A DNA stretch of 64,000 nt from Octopus sinensis (lineage: Eukaryota): the NCBI RefSeq assembly GCF_006345805.1, contig NC_042997.1:205468001-205532000 (forward strand), read 5' to 3'. The notes beneath the pieces were generated by a model. The model did no database searches and was not told the origin of the DNA. It saw only the letters and a list, made by a program, of their open reading frames with translations. How positions within the stretch are numbered: the stretch's first letter is position 1; every line of letters starts with the position of its first letter. Positions 1-12,015 of the stretch are shown here, in pieces. The translations under genes and the position numbers were made by a program.

Positions 1-830
1 TTGTGAGAATTCCAATTCTTGTTAGAAGTCCCATTCATGTGAGGAGTTTCATTAATGCAAGTAATCCAATTGTTTTTAGAAGCCTCATTGTTGTGAAAAG
101 TCCCAATCATGTTAGAAGTCTTATTTTTGTGAGAAGTCCCTTTCTTTTCAGAAGTTCAATTCTTGTGAGATATCCCATTTATGTTGAAAAGTCACATTCT
201 TGTTAAGAGTCCCATTTTTGTGAGACACCCCATCTTTTTGATGTCCCATTTTCCTGAGAAGTCCCATTCTAGTTAGAAGTCCCATACCTGTTAGAAGTTC
301 AATATTTGTGACAAACCCATTTATGTTAGAAGTCCTATTTTTGTAAAAAGCCTTATTCTTGTTAGAAACCCATTCTTGTAAGTAGATCCAGGCCCATTAG
401 AATTCCCAATCTTGTGAGAAGTCCCATTTACGTTGAGAGTCCCATTTCTGAAAAAAAGAAAAAGGCTTCATTCGTTTTAGGAGTCCCATTCTTGTTAAAA
501 ATCGCATTGTCTTTAGATGTTTTATTTTTGTGAGAATTCCCATTCTTGTGATAAGTACCGTCCTTGTTAGTGGCCCCAGTTTTGTTTTAGAAGTCCCATT
601 TTTCTGAGAATTCCTTTCTTGTTAGTATTCCTATTTTTGTGAGAAGTCCTCTTCTCCTAAGAAATCCAGTACTTTTTTGAGATCTCATTTTACTGAGAAA
701 TCCCATTCTTGTTAGAATTCACACTTTTGTGTGAAGTCCCATTTCTGTTAGAATTTCCAGATTGTCAGAAGTGCCATTCTTGTCAGAATTTTCATTTTTG
801 AGAAGTCTCTTTCTTGTTAGAAGTCCTTTA
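1..830. repeat. Degenerate 18-bp minisatellite (consensus ~GTGAGAAGTCCCATTCTT, with GTTA-starting variants), runs off the left edge
   Basis: Units such as gtgagaattccaattctt|gttagaagtcccattcat|gtgaaaagtcccaatcat recur with ~18-bp period until ~830. Confidence 0.85.
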
Positions 831-1334
831 TTCCCATTCATGTATCGCGCTATATTTCTCCACTCTTAGTTTTCTGCTAATTTGTTTCTTTCTCCTCTAA
901 ATTGCCTTTGACAAACCTATTAATGGTTTTTAAAAACATAATTTGCCAGCATTCCCTTCATCATATATGCAGTAATCACATTCGGTTAAAATGGCTTGTT
1001 GGTATATTTTCTTTCTCTTTTTTCCTTGATGAGAAGATCACATTGTTTGACATCATTTTATTCCTTCTGCAATAATACCAATGTTTTCTTCGAAACATAT
1101 GTCAGAAGTATAAAGATTTGAATATTCAATTGTGTTTAACTCCATTTCTTTATTTATCTATGTCATACAAAAAGCATTTCACTAAACCCTGGAATTTCTA
1201 CCTTTATAAGTAAGATGTAATATCCTTAGTACTTATGTGAATTTTTGCTACCCTGGTAACTATTCATTTATTTTTTCCATGTTATTTGTATACATTGAAA
1301 AAATACATATTTTATATATATATATATATCATCA

Positions 1335-1620
1335 TTGTCATCATCATCTAACGTCCCCTTTCCATGCTAGCATGTATTGGACGATTTGTCTGAGGACTGG
1401 TGAACCAGATGGCTGCACCAGGCTCCAGTCTTGATCTGGCAGAGTTTCTACAGCTGGATGCTCTTCCTAACGCCAACCACTCTGAGAGTGTAGTGGGTGC
1501 TAGTAAGGCAACGCAGGTAACGATCATGCTCAAATGGTGCTCTTCATGTGCCACCGGCATGGAAGCCAGACAGCTGCTCTGGCAGTGATCCTGCATGGAT
1601 GGAGCTGTTAGCGCTCCACT
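1335..1620 (-). mobile_element. 3' UTR/tail remnant of the local RTE family
   Basis: Reverse complement of the tail at 33330-33500 (ttggcgttaggaag..catccagctgtagaaac..catgctagcatggaaa..(gat)n). Confidence 0.7.
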
Positions 1621-2265
1621 GGCACGGGTATATATATATATGGCAAATAAGAAAGTGGAGAGGATATACAATTGACAGACATCATTCTGTAAACATTCAA
1701 TTATATCTATTTATTGATTACAAATATGTGTAAGTGATGCAAGTAAACAAATGAAATAAGTCAATAAATATGTAAACGGATATGTATATAGAAATGAATG
1801 AATAATAATAGATGGGTGTACAAATACTAAACTCTTACAGCCGTTTCTATGATGAGGCTGCCAAATCTTCCAAGTTATCCTCATCATGTCAGTGATAAAC
1901 AGGGATGAACAAACATTGGACAGTGATTGGACAGTGGTTGAGCCCTAAGGCTTCTTCAGAGGGTCCAAATGTTAGGAAACTAACATGTAGGAAAAGAAGT
2001 TAAAATAATGGGGTAAAATAAAATAAAAATAATATAACAGAAATAGTAAAAGTAATAGTAATCAATTAATAAATAGACATAATTGAATGTTTACTGGCTG
2101 ATGTCTGTCAATTGTTTATCCTCTCCATTTTCTTATTTGCCTTATAAATCCTGGGTAAATTTCTAATTTACCATCACCCATACCTAATATTCAGTTGCGA
2201 TATTGCCCTGCATTAGTAAACACTTGGTTATAAATACTTAGATGGTTACTTAACCTCTAACTCAT

Positions 2266-2305
<40 letters not shown>

Positions 2306-2379
2306 AGACATATATATATATATATATATAGTGAGAATTTACAAAAAAACAAAAGATGAAGATGGGTGTGTAAACAACA

Positions 2380-3900
2380 AACATATGTATTAGTTTAACA
2401 CTTGGGAAGTGAGAAAGTCTTTTACGTTTCGAGCCTACACTCTTTGACAGGAAGGAACACAAATAAACAGGGAGGGAAAATGAAAAAGGTTTAGTGGTTA
2501 GCAATCTGTCATAGCGAATAACAGACAGCGGGGTCACACAGGAAGAAGGGGAGATAATAAAGTAGTGGTGATCCCAAAAGGAAGATGCCTGTGTGGCACA
2601 AAGAAGCGAAGAGAGAATATTAATCCCTGTTCATGGCGAAGATGAGAGTCCAGATAGCCCCTGTGCAAGGTCAGTCTGAACACAGACAAGTGCTGTAAAG
2701 AATGACCAGTAGAACGGAAATGGCGTGAGACTGGGGTGTCGTTGCCGAGTCTGATGTCTCGGAAGTGTTCCATGAACCGGTCAGCCAAGCGGCATCCCGT
2801 TTGACTGATGTATAGAGAAGGACAGAGAGAGCAGGAGATGTAGTAGATGACGTTGTTAGAAGGGCAGGTGGAGGAGTGAGTGATATGACAGGATCGATGA
2901 TGGGTGCCTGTGAGGAGGGTGGTGTTGGAGAAGTAAGGGCAAGTGCGGCAGCATGGGTGGGAGCAGAGGAATGAGGCAGGTTGGGAGATTGGGTTAGGGA
3001 AGAAGCTGTGGACCAAGAGGTCTTGTAGGTTGTGCGCTCGTTTGAAGGAGGAGAGGGGTCGGTTAGGTAAGTTGGGCGAAGTGGAGGAGTCGGACTGGAG
3101 TCGCCAGAAGGCTCAGAGAATGGTGTGTTGGAGAGGTAGGGTGGTGGTGGGGGGGTAGATAAAAAGAATCAAGAGACAGGTGACAGTGGGGCAGGTGCAG
3201 GGAGGAGAGAGCAGATGCACAGTCCACAGTGGTGTGGGTGGTGATGAGGGAATATCCATGTAGGATAACGTGGCAAGCCATGAGTTGAGACTGAGTCTCA
3301 AAGTCATGGTCTGTGTAGATGGAGGAATTGAGAATAGGGGATGGAGAGCTTGGTGTGTTTAGGGTGGGAGGAGGAGAAGTTTAGGTATGAGTGTGAGTCG
3401 GTGTGTTTGTAGTGGATGGAGGTGGTGAGAGTGGAGTGATGAATGCTGATCAAAATGTTAAGAAAGGCCACTGAAGTGTCGGAAATAGTGCTGGAGAAGT
3501 GGAGAGTGGGATGGAAAGATTTGACAAAAGAGAGGAATAGTCTAGTTGTTCGCGGGAGAGTGAGGTCACACCAATACAGTCGTCAATATAACAACCGTAT
3601 AGTTTGGGAGTGGGACCAGTGAAACTTGAGAATATTTCAGCCTCAATGTAGCGAATGAACAGTTTCGCATAGTTGGGGCTCAACTTTTTACCATGGCCAT
3701 TCTTGAGACCTGCTGGTAAAAATCACCCACGAATGAGATGCAGTTAAGTGAGAGGACAAGTTCGGCCAGACAAAGGAGTGTGGATGTGTGAGGCTGGGGG
3801 TTTGGTCGAAGGTCAAGTTATCTGGAGATGAGTTTGGTGGGGCAGTTGCAGGTAGAGATGATGGAGGTGTCCAGGGTTGTTAGGTTTGTGGATTTTGGGG
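2380..3900 (-). mobile_element. Penelope-like element remnant (RT C-terminal part + GIY-YIG endonuclease), frameshifted
   Basis: ORF 3450-3683 has PNYAKLFI..YIDDCIG (PLE-type RT); ORF 2534-3016 has NVIYYISCSLC..YISQTG..LADRFMEH (GIY-YIG). Confidence 0.85.
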
Positions 3901-3959
3901 AGGAAGTAAATTGTGGGGGTGCAAGGGGTGTGTTGCAATTTTCAACTTCTTAATTTCAC

Positions 3960-4960
3960 ATATATGTTGTTTGGCCTTCATTGTCAGTCGTTTTCTTTTA
4001 AAAATACAGTAACCATTTTTAAATTTATTTTTTGCCAAATAATTGACTATGGAAAATTTTGAACCACCCCCATTTGTGGAAGAGGCAAGGAGTTCTGCTT
4101 GGAATCCATGATAGAAAGACAAACAAGATTTCAGACATCCTCAATGTCAGTAGAAGGATGGTGGAGAATGTCAGAAAGGTGCTGGAAGATACAGGATTCA
4201 ACTATGAGGTGACAGCAGTGAGTAAAACCCATAATTCCAGAATGCTGGAATTTAGGAGATCATCAACAATGATCCCTGCAGTTGAATCAGTGCCGTTACA
4301 TGGTAGAAAGGTGTGAATGAAAAGTTCATCAGGCTGGTGCTGCTGAAGAATATTCACTACTTTTCATACAAGATGAAGAAGGGACAATTTCTGTCAAAGA
4401 CAATTCAGGGAAAGTGACTGAAACACACCAAGAAGTTGATCAACAAGTTGAAACAGCTGCTGGAGTGAGACATTTTGTGGTGCTTCTCTGATGAGAAGAG
4501 AATTTCTGCCAAGACCTGAAGACCAACTCCCAGAACAACAGGTGACTCACTGTCTCATCCAAGAGGAATGCAGAAGACATTTCTAGCGGCAGTCATGGAC
4601 TTTGGTGTTATCAGCAGTGAAGGTGATATCATGCCACCCTACTTCTTCCCTGAGAGCCTCAGGCTGAACACTGATGGCTACATCCGTGTTCTGAGCAAAG
4701 CAGAGAAGCCATGGATTAACCAGGTAGCTGCAGGGATGCTGTATGTGTTGCAGCAAGATGCTACAGCTTGGGAGATAGTGACAAAGTCCTGCGACCAGAT
4801 CTGAGGTTGCCTGGAGGCAGTCATTGAGATCAAAGGCAGGTTCATCATTTGAAATCAACAGAACATGTCATGAAGACAAACTGAACCAAATTTGATGAAT
4901 ATATCTCCAAAAATAGAAACACTGAAGTTCATTGCCACATTAAAGTGGCCGCTCCATGTT
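3960..4960 (+). mobile_element. Decayed Tc1/mariner-superfamily transposase
   Basis: HTH-like ISDILNVSRRMVENVRK, FSDEK, FGVISSEGDIMPPYFF, LQQDA and terminal LEAVIEIKG across frames; TIRs not found. Confidence 0.7.
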
Positions 4961-5134
4961 ACTACTAGTTTAACACTAGGCAGATCTTCCACCAGCTGGT
5001 CATTGGTGCAGCATCAGAATATCTGCTACTTTCCATTGCTTCTTGAGGTTTTACAACTAGTTACTGTGCTAATAAAAACATTGTTTTATTTCTTTCTGAA
5101 ACAGTCACCCTGGAAATGAATACCACCCACACCC

Positions 5135-5379
5135 TCATCATCATCATCATCATCATCCTCATCATCATCATTATTTAAAACCCATTTTCTATGCTGGCAT
5201 GGGTTGGACAGTTTGACTGAAAACTGGTAAGGCCAGGGGCTGCACCAGGCTCCATTATCTGTTTTGGTTTGCTTTCTATGGCTCTATGCTCTTCCTAATG
5301 CCAACCACTCCACCAAGTGTATTCGGGGCTTTTCATGTGGCACCAGTGCTAGTGCTTTTAAAATGGTACACATTCGTGT

Positions 5380-5410
<31 letters not shown>

Positions 5411-5618
5411 CACATGTGTGTGTGCGTGTGTGTGTGTCCATATATGTGTATCTATATATACTCTCGCAGTGGTTGGTGTTAGGAAGGGCATCCAGTTGTA
5501 GAAACTCTGCCAGATCAAGATTGAGGCCTGGTGCAGCCATCTGGTTCACCAGCCCTCAGTCAAAATCGTCTACCCCATGCTAGCATGTAAAGCGGATGTT
5601 AAACGATGATGATGATGA

Positions 5619-5620
<2 letters not shown>
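5135..5620. mobile_element. Two RTE-family tail remnants (5135-5360 minus, 5463-5620 plus) around a (TA)/(TG) microsatellite
   Basis: Both match the conserved RTE tail; the plus copy ends in (gat)n. Confidence 0.65.
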
Positions 5621-5675
<55 letters not shown>

Positions 5676-5790
5676 TACACATACATACATATATATATAT
5701 ATATACATACACATACATATATATATACATACATATATATGTATATGTTTGTATGTACATATACATGCGTGTTTGTGTTTGTGTGACTCT
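5621..5790. repeat. (TA)n/(CA)n compound microsatellite
   Basis: Directly visible. Confidence 0.95.
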
Positions 5791-6029
5791 GTTAGAATCT
5801 GTTTGTCTTTTAATCACATGATATTTGTAAACAAGGATCACCATCATACAAGCAGTGTCGCCCATTTCCAGTCTACAAGGAAAATATGTCTGGCCATGGG
5901 GCAATATTAGCTTCCTTAGTGTGGGGGTGGGTGATAGGAATGTCACCTAGACATAGAAAATTTGCCTCAACCAATTCCACCTGAAGCATGGAAATGGAGA
6001 CATTAAAACGATTATTATTATTATTATTA

Positions 6030-7090
6030 TTCAGTAGTTTTATTTTTTGTAGCGTGCTTTCACTTCACTACCGAGCGCAGCTCTGTGTGCCTTGGGTATG
6101 TGCTGTGGTTTGTTATGATGCTCTGATGGTTATTGTATGGAAAGTGTTCTGCGTAGGATGTGTGCAGTGCCTAGTAGTGCAATTTTCTGTATGTTATATA
6201 TGTTTGTAAGTCCTGATGTTTTTGTTATGTATTTGTCTGAATATTTTTTTATCATACCTAATGCGCCTATTATGATTGGGATTGTTTCTGTTTTTAGATT
6301 CCACATTCGATTTACCTCTATTTCCAGGTCTTCGTATTTTGAAAGTTTCTCCATTTCTTTTAGAGACACGTCATATGCTGGTATTGATACATCAATTAGA
6401 AAGCATTTTTTTCTTCATGATTTCTGACAACTATATCTGGCCTATTGGCCATAATTTCTCTATCTGCATGTATTGGCATATCCCAGAGTTGGTTGCTTTC
6501 TCGTTTTCTGTGACCTTTTCTGGTGTGTGCCTATACCATCTTTTTTCTGTTGTTGGCACGTAAAAAGCACCATCCGTTCGTGGCCGTTGCCAGCCTCACC
6601 TGGCCCCCGTGCCGGTGGCATGTAAAAAGCACCATCCGTCCGTGGCCGTTTGCTAGCTCCGTCTGGCACCTGTGCGGGTGGCACATAAAAAGCACCCACT
6701 ACACTCACAGAGTGGTTGGCGTTAGGAAGGGCATCCAGCTGTAGAAACACTGCCAGATCAGACTGGGCCGATGCAGCCTTCTGGCTTCACAGACCCCAGT
6801 TGAACCCTCCAACCCATCTAGCATGGAAAGCGGATGATGATGATGATGATGATTCCATAAAGTTGGCATAGCTTCCAGTGTATGTAGGTTCCAACTCTGT
6901 CATGTCTGTGAATATATTCCTTCTTAGCCAGGACTGGGCAGCCAGAGATAATATGATTTATTGTTTCTTGTCCATCTCCACATATTCTGCAGTTACTTGT
7001 TATGTTTCTTTTCATTACATGTTTTTGGTAATTCCTGGTGGGGAGGCTTTGATCTTGTGCTGCAATTAAAAATCCCATCGTCTCTGCTTT

Positions 7091-7095
<5 letters not shown>
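6030..7095 (-). mobile_element. 5'-truncated R4/Dong-like LINE (copy A), interrupted at ~6556-6850 by an RTE tail
   Basis: CCHC knuckle CRICGDGQETINHIISGC, restriction-like endonuclease motif LIDVSIP..KEMEKLSKYEDL and end HILRRTLSIQ*; (att)n on both sides. Confidence 0.9.
6556..6850 (+). mobile_element. RTE 3' UTR/tail fragment nested in Dong copy A
   Basis: 62-bp-type modules plus conserved tail ending (gat)n; the Dong sequence resumes at attccataa. Confidence 0.8.
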
Positions 7096-7129
<34 letters not shown>

Positions 7130-7133
<4 letters not shown>

Positions 7134-8150
7134 TAGTTTTATTTTTTGTAGCGTGCTTTCACTTCACTACCGAGCGCAGCTCTGTGTGCCTTGGGTATGT
7201 GCTGTGATTTGTTGTGATGCTCTGATGGTTATTGTATGGAAAGTGTTCTGCGTAGGATGTGTGCAGTGCCTAGTAGTGCAATTTTCTGTATGTTATATGT
7301 GTTTGTAAGTCCTGATGTTTTTGTTATGTATTTGTCTGAATATTTTTTTATCATGCCTAATGCACCTACTATGATAGGAATTGTTTCCGTTTTCAGATTC
7401 CACATTCTAGTTACCTCTATTTCCAGGTCTTTGTATTTTGAGAGTTTCTCCATTTCTTTTAGAGACACGTTGTCATCTGCCGGTATTGATACATCAATTA
7501 GAAAGCAATTTTTTTCTTCATGATCTCTGACAACTATATCTGGTCTATTGGCCTTAATTTCTCTATCTGTGTGTATCGGCATATCCCAGAGTATGGTTGC
7601 TTTCTCGTTTTCTGTGACCTTTTCTGGTGTGTGCCTATACCATCTTTTTTCTGTTGTTATTCCATAATGTTGGCATAGCTTCCAGTGTATGTAGGTTCCA
7701 ACTCTGTCATGTCTGTGAATATATTCCTTCTTAGCCAGGACTGGGCAGCTAGAGATAATATGATTTATTGTTTCTTGTCCATCTCCACATATTCTGCAGT
7801 TACTTGTAATATTTCTTTTCATTACATGTTTTTGGTAATTTCTGGTGGGGAGGCTTTGGTCTTGTGCTGCAATTAAAAATCCCTCTGTTTTTGCTTTGAG
7901 TCCTGAGCTTCTCAACCATTGCTGGGATTTTTCTTTGTCTATTTCTTTTGCGTTTAGTTTAGTGCAGTATTTACCATGAAGGGGCTTTTCTTGCCATCGT
8001 TTTATCATGGTTCGTTGCTGTTCTATTTTTAGTTTGGATTTCATTTGTTTTATAGCTTTTGTTGTTTCTTCATCATCTTCTTCTTCTTCTTCGTGTTTAT
8101 TAGGTGGTATGATTTCTTGTTTGTATTTGTCAGCTTCCTTAAATACTTCC
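7130..8150 (-). mobile_element. 5'-truncated R4/Dong-like LINE (copy B) with an uninterrupted C-terminal ORF of ~300 aa
   Basis: ORF 7229-8200: WLRSSGLK, QDQSLPTRNY, CCHC, WDMPIHTDREIKANRPDIVV..LIDVSIP (PD-D/ExK); (att)n at 7096-7130 and 8151-8182. Confidence 0.93.
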
Positions 8151-8182
<32 letters not shown>

Positions 8183-8494
8183 TAACTGAATGAAGAACAA
8201 AGAAAAGAAAATGTGTTCAACATGAGAGAGAGGGAGACAAACTTAGTTCTTATTAAATACCATTGTATATTAATAGGGACTAAAGACCCTCCCCCTCAGT
8301 CATCAATGGCCATGGTATTGCACCTAGAAAGTTCCCCTCTGTCTATTAAAATATCTTCTTCTGAATGATGGAATTGTATTGTTTCTTGGCATTGCAGCTG
8401 ATAAATTACTGAAATTATATCACAGGTTAATTATATATATTTTGAGTAAGAACATTTGTTGGATTAAATGTGTTGTATACTTTATTTATTACAG

Positions 8495-8674
8495 GTGTTT
8501 ATGGTATACCCAAAGAAAAGGGAACCGAATGTATAGTATCAACTATAAAGGAATATCTTGATACTCACTCAAATTCTAAAATAAAACATATTTGTTTGAT
8601 TGATGAACAGAAGGAAGTAATCAGAGCTTTTAAGCTTCATCTAGAAAAGGTGTTTGGAATCAGTAAAAGCAGAG
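8495..8674 (+). CDS. Exon (phase 1-1) of a tandem macro-domain gene, PARP14/PARP9/PARP15-like: C-terminal part of macro domain A
   Basis: tttatttattacag acceptor, gtagga donor; GVYGIPKEKGTECIVSTIKEYLDTHSNSKIKHICLIDEQKEVIRAFKLHLEKVFGISKSR matches the macro-domain end (GxYGxP..I.EY..IKHI.LID). Confidence 0.85.
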
Positions 8675-8794
8675 GTAGGACTTGTTATTTGTTTGATATT
8701 TTAGTGAAAATTTAAATGATTTATTTCAGGTGTTAATTAAGATTTTTCCTCCTCCTTCAGTCAACTTTTATCTGATTCCTATTATTGGTTTATG

Positions 8795-9190
8795 GGCACA
8801 GCCATGGATTTGTGGTTAAAAAGATTCATTTCTAACCATGTTGAATCCCAATGTAAGGCAACTCAAGCAAATATCTTCTAGTATGGCCCTGAGCCGACCA
8901 AAGCCTTGTCAACTGGTTTGGGAGATGGAAACTGATACAAGGGCTCCTCATATTTGTACTGTGTGTGTGTGTGTGTTTGTCTTGACATCATGTGATGGCT
9001 GTAAACGAGCATCCCCAGCATACAAGTGAGGTTGTTTGTTTCCTGTCTTCTGTGGAAACCATGTCTGGCCAGGGGGAAATATTACTTTGCTTGGAAACAG
9101 GTGAGGGTCAGCATCAGGAAGAGCATCCAGCTATAGAAAGTCTACCTCAATAAACTACTCTGACCCATGCAAGCAGGGAACAATGGATGT
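8795..9190 (+). mobile_element. SINE-like element sharing the RTE-type 3' tail
   Basis: Internal (TG)n and tail aggaagagcatccagctatagaaa..cccatgcaagc; a related fragment lies at ~5830-6010. Confidence 0.5.
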
Positions 9191-10805
9191 GAAAATGAGT
9201 ACAGTGAAGAATTCCGGGTAGAGGTAGGGGTCCACCAAGGTTCAGTCATCAGCCCCCTCCTATTTATCATAGTCCTCCAGGCAATAACAGAGGAATTCAA
9301 GAGTGGATGCCCCTGGGAGCTCCTCTATGCTGATGATCTTGCTCTAATTGCTGTGTCACTAACAGAACTGGAGGAAAAGTTTCAGGTGTGGAAACAAGGA
9401 TTAGAATCAAAAGGCCTTAGAGTCAACCTAGCTAAAACCAAAGTCCTAATAAGTAGGAAGGCAGGCAAACCACAAATACCTTCAGAGAGATGGCCCTGCT
9501 CGATCTGTAGAAAAGGCGTAGGTAGAAACTCCATAAGATGTACCCAGTGTAAGCTATGGACACTTAAGAGGTGCAGCAATATCAAAGGAAGGCTAACTGG
9601 GAGGATAGTTGGATCTTTTCCTTTTGAATGACACTTTTCAACACAATTTCTAGTTAACTAAACACTTTTAAACTTCGTATACTGGTAGAATGTGTTTATA
9701 AAACATCATTTCTTCTTGGCTTTATTGAGAAAATTCTATATGTTGTAACATATTTCATCTTTAATTTCGAGCATTTCGGCAATTTTAATCAATCGCTGAC
9801 CTCCATTTAGGTAAATAACATTCTGTGCATAATGAATATGTCCCTCCTTTAAGAAACAGATTGGGTTTATTTACATTTGTGAAGAAAAAAGATGCCCTTC
9901 CCCCACCCCTAACCCTAACCCTAACTCTAACCCTAAATCTAAATTAGATTGAAAGCAATAGATCGATACTAGGGTTATAAATATGGGTGACAATTTCATA
10001 CGACACCGCTATGGAAAATGGAATTTTTTTCTAGCGGTGTCAAATGAAAATGTCACCCATTATTATGGCCCTAGTATTGATCTATTGCATTTCAATCTAT
10101 TTTAGATTTAGGGTTAGAGTTAGGGTTAGTTAGAGTTAGGGGTTGGGGAAGGGTATCTTTTTTCTTCACAAATGTAAATAAACCCAATCTGTTTCTTAAA
10201 GGAGGGACATATTCATTATGCACAGAATGTTATTTACCTAAATGGAGGTCAGCGATTGGTTAAAATTGCCGAAATGCTCGAAATTAAAGATGAAATATGT
10301 TATAACCTATAGAATTTTCTCAATAAAGCCAAGAAGAAATTATGTTTTATAAACACATTCTACCAGTATACGAAGTTTAAAAGTGTTTAGTTACCTAGAA
10401 ATTATGTTACTGAGTGCCGTTCAAAAGGAAAAGATCCGGATACTTTTTGTATGTGGCAGATGCTCGGGAGCTATAAATAACTCTGAAAATGTGCAGAGAA
10501 CAACTTCCGCCACATTCCATGGAGAAAAACTAGAAGTAGTTGATAGCTTCCATTACCTAGGTGACCAAGTCAGTAGCTGGGGAGGGTGCGCTGAAAGTGT
10601 AGCTGTTAGAATAAGAATAGCTTGGGCAAAGTTCAGAGAACTCTGCTGGTGACAAAGGGCCTCTCCCCCAGAGTAAAAGGCAGACTGTATGACGCATGCG
10701 TATGAACAGCCATGCTACATGGCAGTAAAACATGGGCCCTGACTGCTGAGGATATGCTTAAGCTCACAAGGAATGAAGCCAGTATGATCCGATGGATGTG
10801 TAATG
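9190..10805 (+). mobile_element. RTE-clade LINE fragment split by the palindromic insertion at 9611-10437
   Basis: VGVHQGSVISPLLF and ELLYADDL RT motifs in ORF 9167-9631; sequence resumes after 10445 (VCGRC, YLGDQVSS, AWAKFREL), collinear with the copy at 36875. Confidence 0.9.
9611..10437. mobile_element. 827-bp palindromic (foldback/MITE-like) DNA element with telomeric hexamers and an 8-bp TSD
   Basis: Ends GGATCTTTTCCTTTTGAA / TTCAAAAGGAAAAGATCC; ~400-bp arms are near-perfect reverse complements around a ~20-bp centre; flanks ggatagtt (9603-9610) and ggatactt (10438-10445). Confidence 0.9.
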
Positions 10806-11369
10806 CCATTAGGTGGTACTGGCAATGGCCACGCCCAAATGGTGCATTTCATGTGCCACATGCACAGGAGCCAGTCCAGCGGCACTGGCGACGACCTCAC
10901 TCGAATGTTTCATGTGCCACCAGCACAAGTGCTAGTAAGGCGACACGGTAACGATCACGCTCGAAAGGTGTCTTTAACATGCCATCGGCATGAAGGCCAG
11001 CTTGTTGCTCTGGCAACAATCTCACTTGTTTGGTACTCTTAGTGCTCTACTAGCAACGGATGCCAGTCACCGAGTTTGATTTTGACTTCAATTTCACTTG
11101 CCTCAACTGTTTAGTGTCCAATGAAGAAAAGGCACACATAAGTTTCAAGTATGTTCTTCAATGTATTTTTAGTCCATGTGGTAGAAGAAATAGATGGAAA
11201 TAATCTTATATAGCCTTGTCGCTATATAAAAGGTGTGTGGGGGTGACTACAAGTTAGTACGTATTCTCTTGCTAAATCATATTTTCAGAAAGGAATATCA
11301 TTACTATTTATATGGAATAAAGTAGTTCTTTTAAGAGAGAGAGAAAAATGTTTAATTGTTTATTTTCAG

Positions 11370-11506
11370 GAACCACATCATTCAACGCATCCCTTCTTGG
11401 TCTACAACAGAAAGCAGCCCCTATGACACCCAGAACTAATGTGGCATCCGGAGAAAATGCTGGCATCAAAATACAACTATTGATTGATTCAATTTCTAAT
11501 GCATCT
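11370..11506 (+). CDS. Exon (phase 1-0) of the macro-domain gene: linker and first strand of macro domain B
   Basis: tttattttcag acceptor, gtgagt donor; GTTSFNASLLGLQQKAAPMTPRTNVASGENAGIKIQLLIDSISNAS, in phase with both neighbouring exons. Confidence 0.85.
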
Positions 11507-11787
11507 GTGAGTAAATAGATTCACTTAACATATTTACGTTTAATTGTTATTTCATTTCCAAATGAGGAATCATTACAGTTAATTAAAACATTTTCTCAAT
11601 CAAACTCAAACATTCTATTTCCTTCACATCTGATATCTTGAGTATATCTTTTGCTAACTTTAACAACCTCAAACTTACTACAGCCATTCTGTAGAGCCTT
11701 TCTTAACAACAATATCAACTGCAACAATGTATCTCTCTTCTCTCCATGGAATGTTCCTTCGTTGTTTACCATCAATTACTTTTGTAG

Positions 11788-12015
11788 GTTGATGTCATCG
11801 TTAACAGCACCAATGAAGAACTCCAGCTTGACAGTGGTGCTATCTCCAAATATATTCTCTTTGCTGCTGGTCCACAGATACAAGATGAATGTAGCCAGAA
11901 ATATCCTCGAGGTATTTCTACATCTGAAATTGCCATCACTAAAGGATATAACCTCAAATGTAAGAATGTATTTCATCTGGCATTACCTTCCTGGGATGAA
12001 TATTCCTCTGATTCA
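11788..12015 (+). CDS. Exon (phase 0-0) of the macro-domain gene: core of macro domain B
   Basis: ttttgtag acceptor, gtaagt donor; VDVIVNSTNEELQLDSGAISKYILFAAGPQIQDECSQKYPRGISTSEIAITKGYNLKCKNVFHLALPSWDEYSSDS contains the hallmark VDVIVN..AAG..IQ.EC..ITKGY.L.CK.V.H. Confidence 0.93.

Noticed and set aside
1170-1209. KSISLNPGIST followed by gtaag as the missing upstream macro exon
   Set aside because: There is an in-frame stop shortly upstream and no acceptor, and splicing would give SVYG rather than GVYG.
7229-8200. 323-aa ORF as a host or domesticated gene
   Set aside because: The start and poly-Asn come from the flanking (AAT)n; the remainder is nearly identical to other Dong copies.
9907-10145. 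Head-to-head telomeric repeats as a chromosome fusion site
   Set aside because: There are only ~5 hexamers per side, oriented CCCTAA then TTAGGG (opposite to an end-to-end fusion), and they lie within a TSD-flanked palindromic element.
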